A stretch of 63,979 bases of DNA, the filler included, from Barthelona sp. PAP020 (Eukaryota), in NCBI GenBank assembly GCA_040182905.1. It is 4 parts of 4 records of this genome, joined end to end, with 100 filler letters (N's around TTAATTAATTAA, not from the genome) between each part and the next. Parts side by side here need not be neighbours in the genome. Positions count along the whole stretch, not along the records: positions 1 to 17,505 come from JARQWU010000240.1; 3 more parts are not named here. One strand, given 5' to 3'. Shown piece by piece: positions 1 to 9,860 of this stretch (within the stretch, counting starts at the first letter, position 1; each line of letters begins with the position of its first letter). A program made the translations under genes and the position numbers. The notes under the pieces are model-generated. The model worked only from the letters and a program-made list of their open reading frames with translations, was not told the origin of the DNA and made no database searches.

Positions 1-89
1 AAAAAAAAAAAAAATAATTAAAAAAAAAAAATGAATGCACTTCAAATTTTTTATTTATTTTTTTTTTTTTTTTCAAATAGTTCAGCTAA

Positions 90-660
90 AACTCTCGATT
101 CATTTATTAAATAGGAGTTTTTTTTTGAGATATTTTTTGACTTCCTTCACAATTTTTGTTTGAATGACTTCAGTAATATATTGTTGGTCACACTTGAGTT
201 TCAACGATACAGGTTCAACAACACTCAATCAATCGTTGATGTTTTGAAATTCGGCTTGTTTGGTGCTTATTTAGATTTAAATTAAACTTTTCATTCATGT
301 TTTCAAAAATCCATTGGTAATTGTTTCGCAAAATTTTGATTTTTCAATCAAAATTTTGGAAAACTCAGATAATCTGTCATTGAACAATTCAAAAGACATA
401 ACATTAACTTTAACACAATTGCAGCCTCCATTTTGATTAATAAGATTGGCATTGGTTTAATTGCTTTTTGAAGCAATAAAGATCCTGTAACATTAATTTT
501 TTTTTCACAAGAAATGTTTGAACACCAATGCAGTTTATTGTGTCTTTTTTTTGAATGTTCGTATTGTTAACAACACAAGATTTAATTTTTGACTTATTAA
601 TGCACGACATCCTTAACATTCAACTGTTTTTCGATAAATAAAGTTGTGACAAGATCAAAA
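90..660 (-). pseudogene. Possible decayed coding sequence
   Basis: Protein-like stretches (FDLVTTLFIEKQLNVKDVVH, VMSFELFNDRLSEFSKILIEK, LSVVEPVSLKLKCDQQYITEVIQ) lie in different minus frames separated by stops/frameshifts; no family recognised. Confidence 0.2.
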
Positions 661-976
661 ACTGAATAATAAAGTATAAAAAAATGATAAGAAAGTCTGC
701 AGAAATGTGTCATCACATGAATTTTTATAATTTGTTAAAATATGTTTAATACATTTTTAAAAGCTTAAATATCTTTGAAAATTAAAATAATTGTTTCAAT
801 ATCCCCTTTTCCTTACAAAAAGTTCTTTCAATGCAAAATCAAGCTCAAATTAAATCAAATTTGAATGTATTCGTTCTATTAATGTTTTGGTGTCATTAAC
901 ATATCTCAACATGGAGTAAATTAATTGAAAATCAACGAAAAATTTGTTTTTGGTGTTTTCCATTTTTTTTTCTTTC

Positions 977-1882
977 ATGAGTTCAATTATGTTTGATAGT
1001 TTGAGTTGTTCAATTATTTTTGGGTGTTTTGGAGTTTTTTTACGATATTTTTTAGATTATTCTTTTTTTAAACAATCATGTACTTCTTCATTTTTTGCAA
1101 ATTCATTAGGAACAATTATATTAGCATTTATAAATTCAGAATTTATGAATACAACATTTACAAATAAAAATATTCAAAAGGGATTGTCTGATGGATTTTG
1201 TGGTTGTTTGACTACATATTCTGGCTGGATTTTTGCTATTATGACTTTGATAAAAAGTGAAAACAGAAATTATGGCTTTTTTTTGGCAGTTTTTGAATTG
1301 TCTTTTTATTATGTTTGTTATAACATATTTAATTCGATAAAAGAAACACAACAAAAATCTGTTGATATTGACCCTATTTGTGAAACAAGGAAAAGTATTG
1401 AAATGAAATCTATTTCTGACAAGATTCCGGTAAATACAATCACTGATATAATTAACAAATCATCAAATGAATCTGATAAGACTCTGAAAGTTTTTCCTTT
1501 GATCAATATCGTTGTTTTGACAATTTTATTTTGTATTTGTGGTTTTTATTTTGAAAGTAGTCTATTGCTCAGCGTAGGTTTTAGTCCTGTATTTACTTTT
1601 CTTAGAATTTTCTTGTCAAAATTCAAAATTGTTGAATTTCCGATAGGTTTATTGTTTTCAAATATGCTGGGATCTTTTATTTATCTTTTTATGAAACACT
1701 GGAATTATGACTCTATTATTATTAAAGCATGCTTAACTGGTGTTTTGGGATCTCTTACAACTATGTCATCATATGTAAAAGCGCTGTTTTCTTCAAAAAA
1801 TAATGTTCAAACCTTTGGCATTTTATTTTCAACTGTTTTAACCATCTTTGTTGTTTTCATTACGGATGTTTTGATATTTTAA
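977..1882 (+). CDS. FEX: Fluoride exporter FEX (two fused Fluc/CrcB domains)
   Basis: Two hydrophobic halves each with a Fluc signature (GFCGCLTTYS; GVLGSLTTMS) and GxxxR helices; first ATG at 977 (track uses TTG 944). Confidence 0.85.
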   Translation: MSSIMFDSLSCSIIFGCFGVFLRYFLDYSFFKQSCTSSFFANSLGTIILAFINSEFMNTTFTNKNIQKGLSDGFCGCLTTYSGWIFAIMTLIKSENRNYGFFLAVFELSFYYVCYNIFNSIKETQQKSVDIDPICETRKSIEMKSISDKIPVNTITDIINKSSNESDKTLKVFPLINIVVLTILFCICGFYFESSLLLSVGFSPVFTFLRIFLSKFKIVEFPIGLLFSNMLGSFIYLFMKHWNYDSIIIKACLTGVLGSLTTMSSYVKALFSSKNNVQTFGILFSTVLTIFVVFITDVLIF

Positions 1883-2094
1883 AATTTTGAAATCGAACAA
1901 AGCAGGTAAATTTTTTTTCATTTATTATTCTATGTTTCACTTTTCATTTTTTGGAATTCTATTGAAAAATAAAAAAATTTAGATCCTTCAATTTGTGAAA
2001 ATTGTCAATTAGTTCGTTTGAGTGAATCAATGTGAACTAAACTATTTATGGATTTGTGATAAAAAAGAGAATACAACACTTTACACTACAATTG

Positions 2095-3540
2095 CTATAT
2101 GAAATCACTCAAGTCGCCTGACATTGTTGAGATTTCGTTATCACTTTGAAGGGCTTGTGACAAAGAATCACTGTCCCCAATGCTGGGTTCTGTGTTAGAT
2201 TTTTCTGGAGTTGATGTTGGGTCACTCCATAATGATGCTTTTGGTTTTGGTTTTGACTCATCTTCCTTTTGAACGTTATTCCACAAAGAAGGCTTTGGTT
2301 TTGGTTCTTCTTCTGTCTTCTTTTCGGGTTGGCTCCACAGAGAGGGTTTTGATTTTGGTTGTGCCTCCTTCTTCTCGTTGTGGCTCCACAATGAAGGTTT
2401 TGGTTTTATTTGCTCTTCTTCCTTTTTTTCGGGTTGGTTCCACAAGGAGGGCTTTGGCTTTGGTTGTTCCTCAGCCTTCTTTTCGGGTTGGCCCCACAAT
2501 GTTGGATTTGGTTTTGATTGTTCTTCTTCCTTCTTTTCAGACTGATTCCACAAAGAAGGCTTCGGTTTATCTTCTTCCTTCTCATCATGTTGCGTCCATA
2601 AAGAGGATTTTGGTTTGTTTTCCCCAGCTATATTCTTTGACACAGTGGCAACTTGTGTCAGCGACTTTTCTAAAGAGGTCAAAACGTTATATGAATCAGC
2701 ATCATCACTGAAAATTGTGCGTGGGACCATTTCAATTTGAACAGCACCTTGATAGTTGTTGAGTACATTTCGCGCATTAGTAAGTCCAGTTCCAGCAGGT
2801 GACGCAAATCTTTCAGGGGAATGTGTTTCATATGGATATTTTGGATTCGGTGTATTTTCTAATGGTTCACTCAAATGTCTCACACCACTTTTAAACAATT
2901 TCAATGAATGTTGGGTTTGCAACAATTGCTTTTTTGTATCAAATAGTTCTTGCTCAGCTTGATTCAATTTTAACTGCAAACCTCTCTTTTGTTTTTCAAT
3001 CTCATGTCTTTCAGTCTCAAAAGCTACTCGTTGATGCTCTATATTTTCCTTTGCCGCATTTTGTTCAATTTCAAACTTGGAACGAAGTTCCTCCAGGTTA
3101 CGCAAATCATCTGATCGAACATTAAATGTTTTCAATTGGCTTTGGTAATTTTCTACATCACGCTGAAGGGCAATATTCCGAATACGAAGGTCTTCATTTT
3201 GTCGAGACAGAATTTGAATTTCTTCATTGTGATGCTGTTGGTTTTTATTGTTTGCAAGATACAAATCACGTATACGTGTTTGGTAGTCATGTTCGCCACT
3301 TTCAAGAAGTTTACATCTTCTTTTTAAAGTCTCAATTTCCAATAACCGATCTTCATTGTCCTTTTGTAAATTCTTATTCAATAATCGTTCATTTTCAAGT
3401 CTTCGTTTCAGAATCTTCAGTTCATTCTCCATTTCAATCTTGTCTTCATAACTCTTCTTTAATATGTGCTCAAATTGCTGGCGAAGCTTCAGATCCTCGT
3501 TTTCCTCCTTAATCTGTGTTACAAATTCATCATAGTTCAT
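2095..3540 (-). CDS. Long coiled-coil protein with C-terminal KPKPSLW repeats
   Basis: ATG at 3540 (MNYDEF); ~220 aa heptad-rich E/K/L/Q region; 8 SLW/TLW repeats. Confidence 0.8.
   Translation of the reverse strand: MNYDEFVTQIKEENEDLKLRQQFEHILKKSYEDKIEMENELKILKRRLENERLLNKNLQKDNEDRLLEIETLKRRCKLLESGEHDYQTRIRDLYLANNKNQQHHNEEIQILSRQNEDLRIRNIALQRDVENYQSQLKTFNVRSDDLRNLEELRSKFEIEQNAAKENIEHQRVAFETERHEIEKQKRGLQLKLNQAEQELFDTKKQLLQTQHSLKLFKSGVRHLSEPLENTPNPKYPYETHSPERFASPAGTGLTNARNVLNNYQGAVQIEMVPRTIFSDDADSYNVLTSLEKSLTQVATVSKNIAGENKPKSSLWTQHDEKEEDKPKPSLWNQSEKKEEEQSKPNPTLWGQPEKKAEEQPKPKPSLWNQPEKKEEEQIKPKPSLWSHNEKKEAQPKSKPSLWSQPEKKTEEEPKPKPSLWNNVQKEDESKPKPKASLWSDPTSTPEKSNTEPSIGDSDSLSQALQSDNEISTMSGDLSDFI
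2225..2620 (-). repeat. Coding tandem repeat, 8 units of ~48-54 bp (KPKPSLWxQxEKKxEE)
   Basis: Recurring ccacaa..gaaggctttgg..ttgg units on the + strand. Confidence 0.9.
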
Positions 3541-3592
3541 CTTCACCCAATTAATACACAATTAACTCTCTTCAGTGTTTTCTTTTACCGCC
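3474..3592. repeat. 119-bp segment duplicated in inverted orientation at 17387-17505
   Basis: Exact reverse-complement identity by eye. Confidence 0.95.
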
Positions 3593-3716
3593 TTCAATCC
3601 TGACAAAAAATTAGTTTTTATTGCAAACAATGGTGTTAAAAATATTTCAAAAACTAAATTCAAAAAAGTAAATGTGAAAAAAAGTTGTTAAAATAAAAAA
3701 TACCCAAAAATTTACA

Positions 3717-5210
3717 TTAAATGTCAATTTCAGCTGATGAAATTACTTCAAAAACAGTTAAAATGTTATCCAAATATATTGCAATTGAATTCTTATTATT
3801 TATATTTTTGGACAACCATATTGAATCCAAAGGATAACCTGATTCTCTGTTAATTTGATTTTTAATTAATTCTTCTTTGAAGTCTAAATTTTCTTTTAAT
3901 ATTATTTCATCATTAACAAAAAATTCGTCTTTTAAAAAATTATCTATTTTTGACTTGCAAATTGTTAAAAATTTTTGCAAATATGCACTTTCATGAATCA
4001 AAAGATAAACATTTTTTTCAAAAAAGAATTTAATATTAAAAATTTCCTCAGGAATCTCTTCAAATGTTTCAAATGCTTTAAATTTTTCTGGTGAAGGCTT
4101 TTGATGGATCATTAACATTAAAAATTGACAAATAAATTGTGAAAAATGTTTTGAAGAAAAAAACCATTCTTTCAATTCTGAAAAATACTTCTCAAGCAGA
4201 TTATATAATTCAAGTGAGTCAAAATTGAAATGTTCGAATTCTTCAATGATTATCAACATTAAACCAGGAATAGTTTCATGAAAAATAGTGGAAATTTTTT
4301 CGAACATTTGTATTAAAGACTCCATAAATATCTCAACATGTTCTTTTGTTTGAGCAATAGGAATAATGTTGACTTGCTCCAAAACGTCACTTAAAGCAAA
4401 TGGTATCACATGTGTATCATCATATTCTTCGTCAAACAATTCGAAAGTCAAAAATGGAAATGATGAATAACAACTGTAGAAGAAAGCACCAATATTGCCA
4501 AATATTTTTTCTTCCTTTATGTTCAAATCTTGAATATTCAATTCTAATCTGTTACATTCATAATCAATGTGATTAAAAAATAGATTTTCAACAATGTCCA
4601 ATTTTTCCACAATTTTTTCCACAAACTTTGTGAATGGAAAAAGATTTTCCTTAAACAATGTTTCAATGTTTATCACTTCGTCTTCTATTGATTTAATTGT
4701 CTGAAAAGCTTTAAAAGGAATTAAATTTGGAGCTAAAAAATTGGAATATATAAAAAATGTCTTGTTCTTTCCTAACAGATTTATTTTTGAATAAAAATCA
4801 TATTTTAATTCATAAATAGATGGAAATCCAATACTTTTTAACAATATACCATAACCGTTTCTTAAATCAACTTCTTGAAATTTACTATTGTGACAAAATA
4901 ATATGTTATCTTGATAAATGATGCTTTTATATTTACATTGACTAATTTTTAAACATAATTGTAAACCATTAAAATCATAAATATACAAATCATTTTCTGT
5001 AATAAAATACAGTAAATCATCATCATAATTGTATGCAATATCTTGGATTGATTCATTTATAAGATTTAAACATCGTTGGGAATCAGTTTTAGAGATAAAT
5101 ATCAACTTTTGAGTTTTCAACAAACAAATAAATGTTTCTTTTGAATTTAAAAATAATAAATTTGAAATTAACGCTTCCAATTCGATTTGAAATAGTTCAT
5201 TCAATTGCAT
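3717..5210 (-). CDS. Hypothetical protein, possibly divergent APC4-like (N-terminal beta-propeller plus helical region)
   Basis: 497-aa ATG ORF; WD-like strands (IQDIAYNYDDDLLYF) followed by helical domain; family call weak. Confidence 0.55.
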   Translation of the reverse strand: MQLNELFQIELEALISNLLFLNSKETFICLLKTQKLIFISKTDSQRCLNLINESIQDIAYNYDDDLLYFITENDLYIYDFNGLQLCLKISQCKYKSIIYQDNILFCHNSKFQEVDLRNGYGILLKSIGFPSIYELKYDFYSKINLLGKNKTFFIYSNFLAPNLIPFKAFQTIKSIEDEVINIETLFKENLFPFTKFVEKIVEKLDIVENLFFNHIDYECNRLELNIQDLNIKEEKIFGNIGAFFYSCYSSFPFLTFELFDEEYDDTHVIPFALSDVLEQVNIIPIAQTKEHVEIFMESLIQMFEKISTIFHETIPGLMLIIIEEFEHFNFDSLELYNLLEKYFSELKEWFFSSKHFSQFICQFLMLMIHQKPSPEKFKAFETFEEIPEEIFNIKFFFEKNVYLLIHESAYLQKFLTICKSKIDNFLKDEFFVNDEIILKENLDFKEELIKNQINRESGYPLDSIWLSKNINNKNSIAIYLDNILTVFEVISSAEIDI

Positions 5211-5254
5211 ATATCCCTATAAAAAAAAAAAAAAAAAAACCACAAATATATAAT

Positions 5255-5803
5255 TTATTTTCTTTTTAATACATTAAGTTTATCAATAAGAGTCATTTCG
5301 TTTTCAATTATTACTTCATTTAATAAATCGGCAACCAAAGAATCAACAATATTCTCCAGTTTGTCAACTTCTCCACACAACGAAGAATAAGGCCCTGTAA
5401 ATTTATGTTGTTGCAATTCTCGATGAAATTTATAAGACGATAAATACCTTGAAATTCTTTCGACGTCGTCTTTTGGTATTCTAATGATATCTTCTTTAGA
5501 TTTTTTTCTGTTTTTGTTCTTTTCAACATACAAAGGTTTTTCTATTGGTTTGTAGGTATTTGTATAATATTTTTGATACAATTCTTCTTCAGTATTTACA
5601 ACTTTCATCAATTTTTCAAATAATTCATTTAAATTCATTTTTTCTGTTTTTTTTGGAACTAAAATTTGTGGATTTATCAGTACAAATTCTTCAACAATTT
5701 CATTCACCAAATCTAAAACCAAATCTTTTGTAATCATGTCAACACATCCTAATAATCTTGCGTACAGCAAATAACTCTGTTGGTCCGAATTTTGAAAGTT
5801 CAT
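5255..5803 (-). CDS. Hypothetical helical protein, weak resemblance to moonraker/KIAA0753 C-terminus
   Basis: ATG at 5803 (MNFQNS); C-terminal IVDSLVADLLNEV-type acidic helix. Confidence 0.55.
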   Translation of the reverse strand: MNFQNSDQQSYLLYARLLGCVDMITKDLVLDLVNEIVEEFVLINPQILVPKKTEKMNLNELFEKLMKVVNTEEELYQKYYTNTYKPIEKPLYVEKNKNRKKSKEDIIRIPKDDVERISRYLSSYKFHRELQQHKFTGPYSSLCGEVDKLENIVDSLVADLLNEVIIENEMTLIDKLNVLKRK

Positions 5804-5969
5804 TGAGCTAATATTAAAAAAAAAAAAAAAAAGGACACAATTCACTCAAAAATAAAGGTTCAAAAGAAAAATATTTCAACAAATAAAATGTTTTTGAACA
5901 AACAAAGCAATTTTGAAAGAAAAAAAAAAAATGCCTGCATTTTATACTTCTTTTAGAAGTTGAATTTTG

Positions 5970-6976
5970 ATGAATTGGGTCCAAGGTTATAATGTAATTA
6001 CATATACTGAATCAAAAAATATAGCTAACAAAAACAATAGATACTGAAAGGACTGACAAAAGTTGAATGGATTCAAAACACCAACATATTTCTATTAAAA
6101 GAATATATAACAATTAAACCACCAATCTTACAAAATGTGGAACGATATATCGAAGAAATAATTGACTATTTTGCAGAAGAGGAAAGATTTCCAGAAATAT
6201 CAATGTCAAATGAACATATTGTGATAAGGGTCTCATTTAAATACATAAGGGATTATCAATTATATTTTGATAAATACTTTTTAAACATTGAAGATTCCAT
6301 AATACTTAAAAATAAATATTCTTCCTCATACGTCCAAAATAAACTGGAACTGAATTTATATGTGCTGGACAATTCAACTGATGATGAATACGAAAATGAA
6401 GAAGAGCAAAAAAAGAAGAACAATTGCCGCATAATACTGCAAAATAAAAAAAATAATTCTCTTATAAATCAATCAATTTTGAAAATAAACTATGATTATA
6501 TAAAAAATCTACCTTGGTGGACAATTAACATTCATCAAGAATTACAAATAACTGAATATGGTTACGAAACAACAATCTCAGATGATACGAAAGAATTAAT
6601 TATTATCGGAAGAATTGATCCAGACAAAATGTTTTCAGACACATCAATAGGAGTTCAAATGAATGCTATTTTCAAAATGTTATCAAAAGATCTTCAAAAA
6701 ATACCAACTTTTGAAACTTCAAAATACACAAATAATTACTACAAATTGAAAAAAATTTGGGGTCCTTCAATAATTGCCAGTTCAATAACATTATTAAATC
6801 GATCAGACCAATTACTTCAACAAACTGTTCTAAATATGGCAAATGTTGAAAGTTTAGGACAGTTAGGTGATTTACTAGAATTAAAATTAAACCAAAATTT
6901 TCTATTGAATCTAAAGGAAAAGAAAGAAGTAAACATAACATCAATAAAAACGGAAACTAAACAAAGTGAGAATTAA
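5970..6976 (+). CDS. Hypothetical protein (~319 aa), probably two exons: 5970-5993 and 6041-6976
   Basis: Frame stays open from 6041, right after GCTAAC...TAG; ATG 5970 joins in phase 0 through GTAATT at 5994. Confidence 0.55.
5994..6040 (+). other. Candidate 47-nt spliceosomal intron
   Basis: GTAATT...GCTAACAAAAACAATAG; removal gives an ATG-initiated continuous ORF. Confidence 0.5.
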
Positions 6977-7427
6977 AACAACAGTTAATACACTCAATAA
7001 AAAAATATTTGCATAAAAGCAAAAAATTCTTTATAACTGATGTGCAAAATCCTTCATAAACATCCAAAAACTAATTTACTTTATTAAATTTTTTTATTTA
7101 AGCACAAATAAAATTAAAATACACCATTTTTGAAAGAAATGGTTTCAACTGCTTTCAAAATCACAATTCTTTCAAATCTTGGATACTCTTGGTTCTAAAT
7201 TCAATCCAACATATTTTTTGTCAACAAAATTTTAACTCCTTTCTGAAAAACAGAATTGAAATCAATGAAAAGAAATAAATCGTCTTCATTTGCAAATTAG
7301 AATTGTGAAGTTGATCAATATTTTCGAAATTTCATTGACATCCACAAGTGCTTTGAAAAAAAAAATGAATATTTCCTTTCTCTTTATTTAAAAGAACTTC
7401 TAATTAAGTGAAAATGAGATTGAATAT

Positions 7428-8576
7428 TTATTTATCAACATTTAGTTGATATTTTTCATAATTATAATTCTTTACATAATAATTTCGAAGAGATGAATTC
7501 TTTTCTAACGGTTCACCTATTTTGACAATCTTTGAGGGGATTGTTTTTTTCTTGTTGAAGTGCAAATCGGCAGGAATATCAAAGGCAGAAAAAGAATCAA
7601 AACCAGGTGATTTCTTTTCAATTTTTGGATTTTCAATTTTCTTCTGTTTATTCCGATTAATTTCAGAATTGGAACTTTTCTTCAGAATGTTGGAAACATC
7701 ATCAACATCTTTAATTATTTCACGACCGAATTTGGCAAAGGGTTGATAAGTTTCCATTATTATTTTTGCATTTTTGTTTGTAAAACTGGAAAGTTTTGAA
7801 TTTGGACGTTTTGAGGCTTTATGATTCAAGAAAAGCCTTCTAGATTTGGGCTCGTGTTTTTTTGACATTTGAAAGGCAGTTATCACTTTATCCTGTGTTT
7901 GACTATTGGATCTAGATCTAGTAGTAGTTGCAGTTGTGGTGGAAGTTTCTGAAAATTCTGACTGAGAATGCTCATCACAGGCATTTTCGAAATCTGCATT
8001 ATTTGTTGAGGACTTTTCAATAATTTGTTCAGATGTAGGAATATTTGGAATATTTGTTATATTATTTGTATTTTTTGTATGTTTTGGTACATTGGAATAT
8101 AATGCTTCCTTGTACGTTGTTAACTCAGAAGGCTTAAATTGAGTCTTTTTCATGGGTTTGGAAGAATCATAAGGGGAAGACAATAATTCTGGACCTGCTT
8201 CCTTATTACATTTCGTTTCAAAGGGTACAAGTGGTGAATAATTGTCAAAATTAGCACTGATATCATAATCAGTCTCAATTTGATTCGAATTTTTTGAAGG
8301 AGAAGAATAATTTTTAATTTTTGATTCAACTTCAAATGAAAAAGACAAAAGCTCCCTGTTAAAACAAAGATTTTCACAATCCACACCACGTTTAAATTGA
8401 TTTTCTTTGGTATATTTTGTTGAAATAAATAAGTTATTATCATTTGAAATGTTAAAATCGTTCAAAGTTGCATTATAATCAACTTTTTCATTTTTTTCGC
8501 TTCTTTTCATTATTGCTTTTAAACCAGTTGATGCCCTTAAAGCTTTTAAAAATCTTTGATGATTTTCATCATTCAT
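7428..8576 (-). CDS. Hypothetical low-complexity S/N/K-rich protein
   Basis: Long ORF, ATG at 8576 (MNDENHQ); no domain recognised. Confidence 0.65.
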   Translation of the reverse strand: MNDENHQRFLKALRASTGLKAIMKRSEKNEKVDYNATLNDFNISNDNNLFISTKYTKENQFKRGVDCENLCFNRELLSFSFEVESKIKNYSSPSKNSNQIETDYDISANFDNYSPLVPFETKCNKEAGPELLSSPYDSSKPMKKTQFKPSELTTYKEALYSNVPKHTKNTNNITNIPNIPTSEQIIEKSSTNNADFENACDEHSQSEFSETSTTTATTTRSRSNSQTQDKVITAFQMSKKHEPKSRRLFLNHKASKRPNSKLSSFTNKNAKIIMETYQPFAKFGREIIKDVDDVSNILKKSSNSEINRNKQKKIENPKIEKKSPGFDSFSAFDIPADLHFNKKKTIPSKIVKIGEPLEKNSSLRNYYVKNYNYEKYQLNVDK

Positions 8577-8845
8577 TTTTCTCTCGGTTCGCAACAAAAA
8601 ACTGTTTTTGATTCAGTTTCTTTTTTGTTCTTTGTTCAACATATTTTTTTTATTTTTAGTCATTTATTGTAAATTGATGCTGTAAAGTTGTTTTATTTGT
8701 CATTTTAATTATTTTTTTGGTTCTTTTGTTCTTTTGATGATTATCTTGCCTCTTTCTTTTTTCAAAAACATATTGCTAAAGAATTATTGATTAACAAAAC
8801 AAAAATAAAATCTGCTAATATTTATTCACCAAAAAAAATAACAAT

Positions 8846-9787
8846 TTATGAACACAAATGTTCTTCAATCATGTTTAAATATCCTAACTCTGGTTCATTC
8901 AATTCAACATGCTCATTATGTATGGTGAAATGAGGACTTGCCTGTTGTTTTAGCCAAGAAAAATCATTTATTGTTTCATGCAAATCTTGGCCAATGTTTG
9001 ATTCATCTAATGTATTTTTAAAATTCGACCATTTCATAAAAAATGAATGAAATTCTAATTCATTGCATCTCTCAATAATGGGATGAGATGAACAATACAC
9101 AAAGAATTTACTGTTCTGAGTGTTATGTATTCTTAATTGATGACTTACGATATGAAACACACAATTTTTACAATGAGTCAAATGAATGGCTGAAGAAACA
9201 ACGGGTGCAATAATCGTACAATTTTCTAAACTTTCAATCCATAAGGCCTTAAATACATTAAGAAAAATAACAGTACAATTTCTTAAATTATAGAGGGCAA
9301 AATCAGTATTCACATCAGTTTTTTGAATAATTTCATTTTCAACATCTCGAATACAATTTTCCTCAGTAAGATGAGTAGTTTCAACAATATCTTCTGTTAT
9401 TTTAGTCAAAGAAACATTTTTTGAAACTCTTTTAAATTCCTGAGCTCTTTGTGAACGAAATTTGAACTTTTCGGGAGGTAATTGTCTAATTTTTTCTTTA
9501 TTTATTGAATCTCCAATGGTGTCTAACTCAGATTGACATTGTTTAATGACATAATTAGGCAATGATGATAAATTTGAGTTAAAAAAAGTCTGAACTTTCA
9601 AATGTTCAATTAATAAAGTTTCAAAACCTTTCATAATATCGTTACGTGTCTTAATATTGGAGTCTTTTTTCATTGATTCAAAATTTTCTTTCAATTTTTC
9701 TGTATATTCTTTGAATTCGTCAATAAATTCATCAACAACAAATGAGCTAGTTGTATTTTTAGGATAAGGTCTATTAATATTGTTCAT
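8846..9787 (-). CDS. TBCC: Tubulin-specific chaperone C
   Basis: N-terminal helical bundle ending KFKFRS; beta-helix with HQLRIH, HPIIERC, INDFSWLKQQASPHF. Confidence 0.92.
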   Translation of the reverse strand: MNNINRPYPKNTTSSFVVDEFIDEFKEYTEKLKENFESMKKDSNIKTRNDIMKGFETLLIEHLKVQTFFNSNLSSLPNYVIKQCQSELDTIGDSINKEKIRQLPPEKFKFRSQRAQEFKRVSKNVSLTKITEDIVETTHLTEENCIRDVENEIIQKTDVNTDFALYNLRNCTVIFLNVFKALWIESLENCTIIAPVVSSAIHLTHCKNCVFHIVSHQLRIHNTQNSKFFVYCSSHPIIERCNELEFHSFFMKWSNFKNTLDESNIGQDLHETINDFSWLKQQASPHFTIHNEHVELNEPELGYLNMIEEHLCS

Positions 9788-9860
9788 TCAAAGAGTAAAA
9801 AAAAAGGAATCTAATCAACACATTTTATAGATTTAACTCCTCGAAATTATGTAATTATTA

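Noticed and set aside
2225..2620. CRISPR-like array (also the 99-bp units at 48600-49200)
   Set aside because: Units are in-frame coding repeats without unique spacers; eukaryotic context, no cas genes.
3593..3616. Acceptor-like ACTAATTTTTTGTCAG (minus strand) as a trans-splicing site tied to the inverted duplication
   Set aside because: The duplication breakpoint is 7 nt from the AG, an in-frame TAA separates it from the CDS, and no convincing donor was found.
7115..7350. Small gene on the minus strand
   Set aside because: Protein-like fragments are broken by stops and match no family I recognise.
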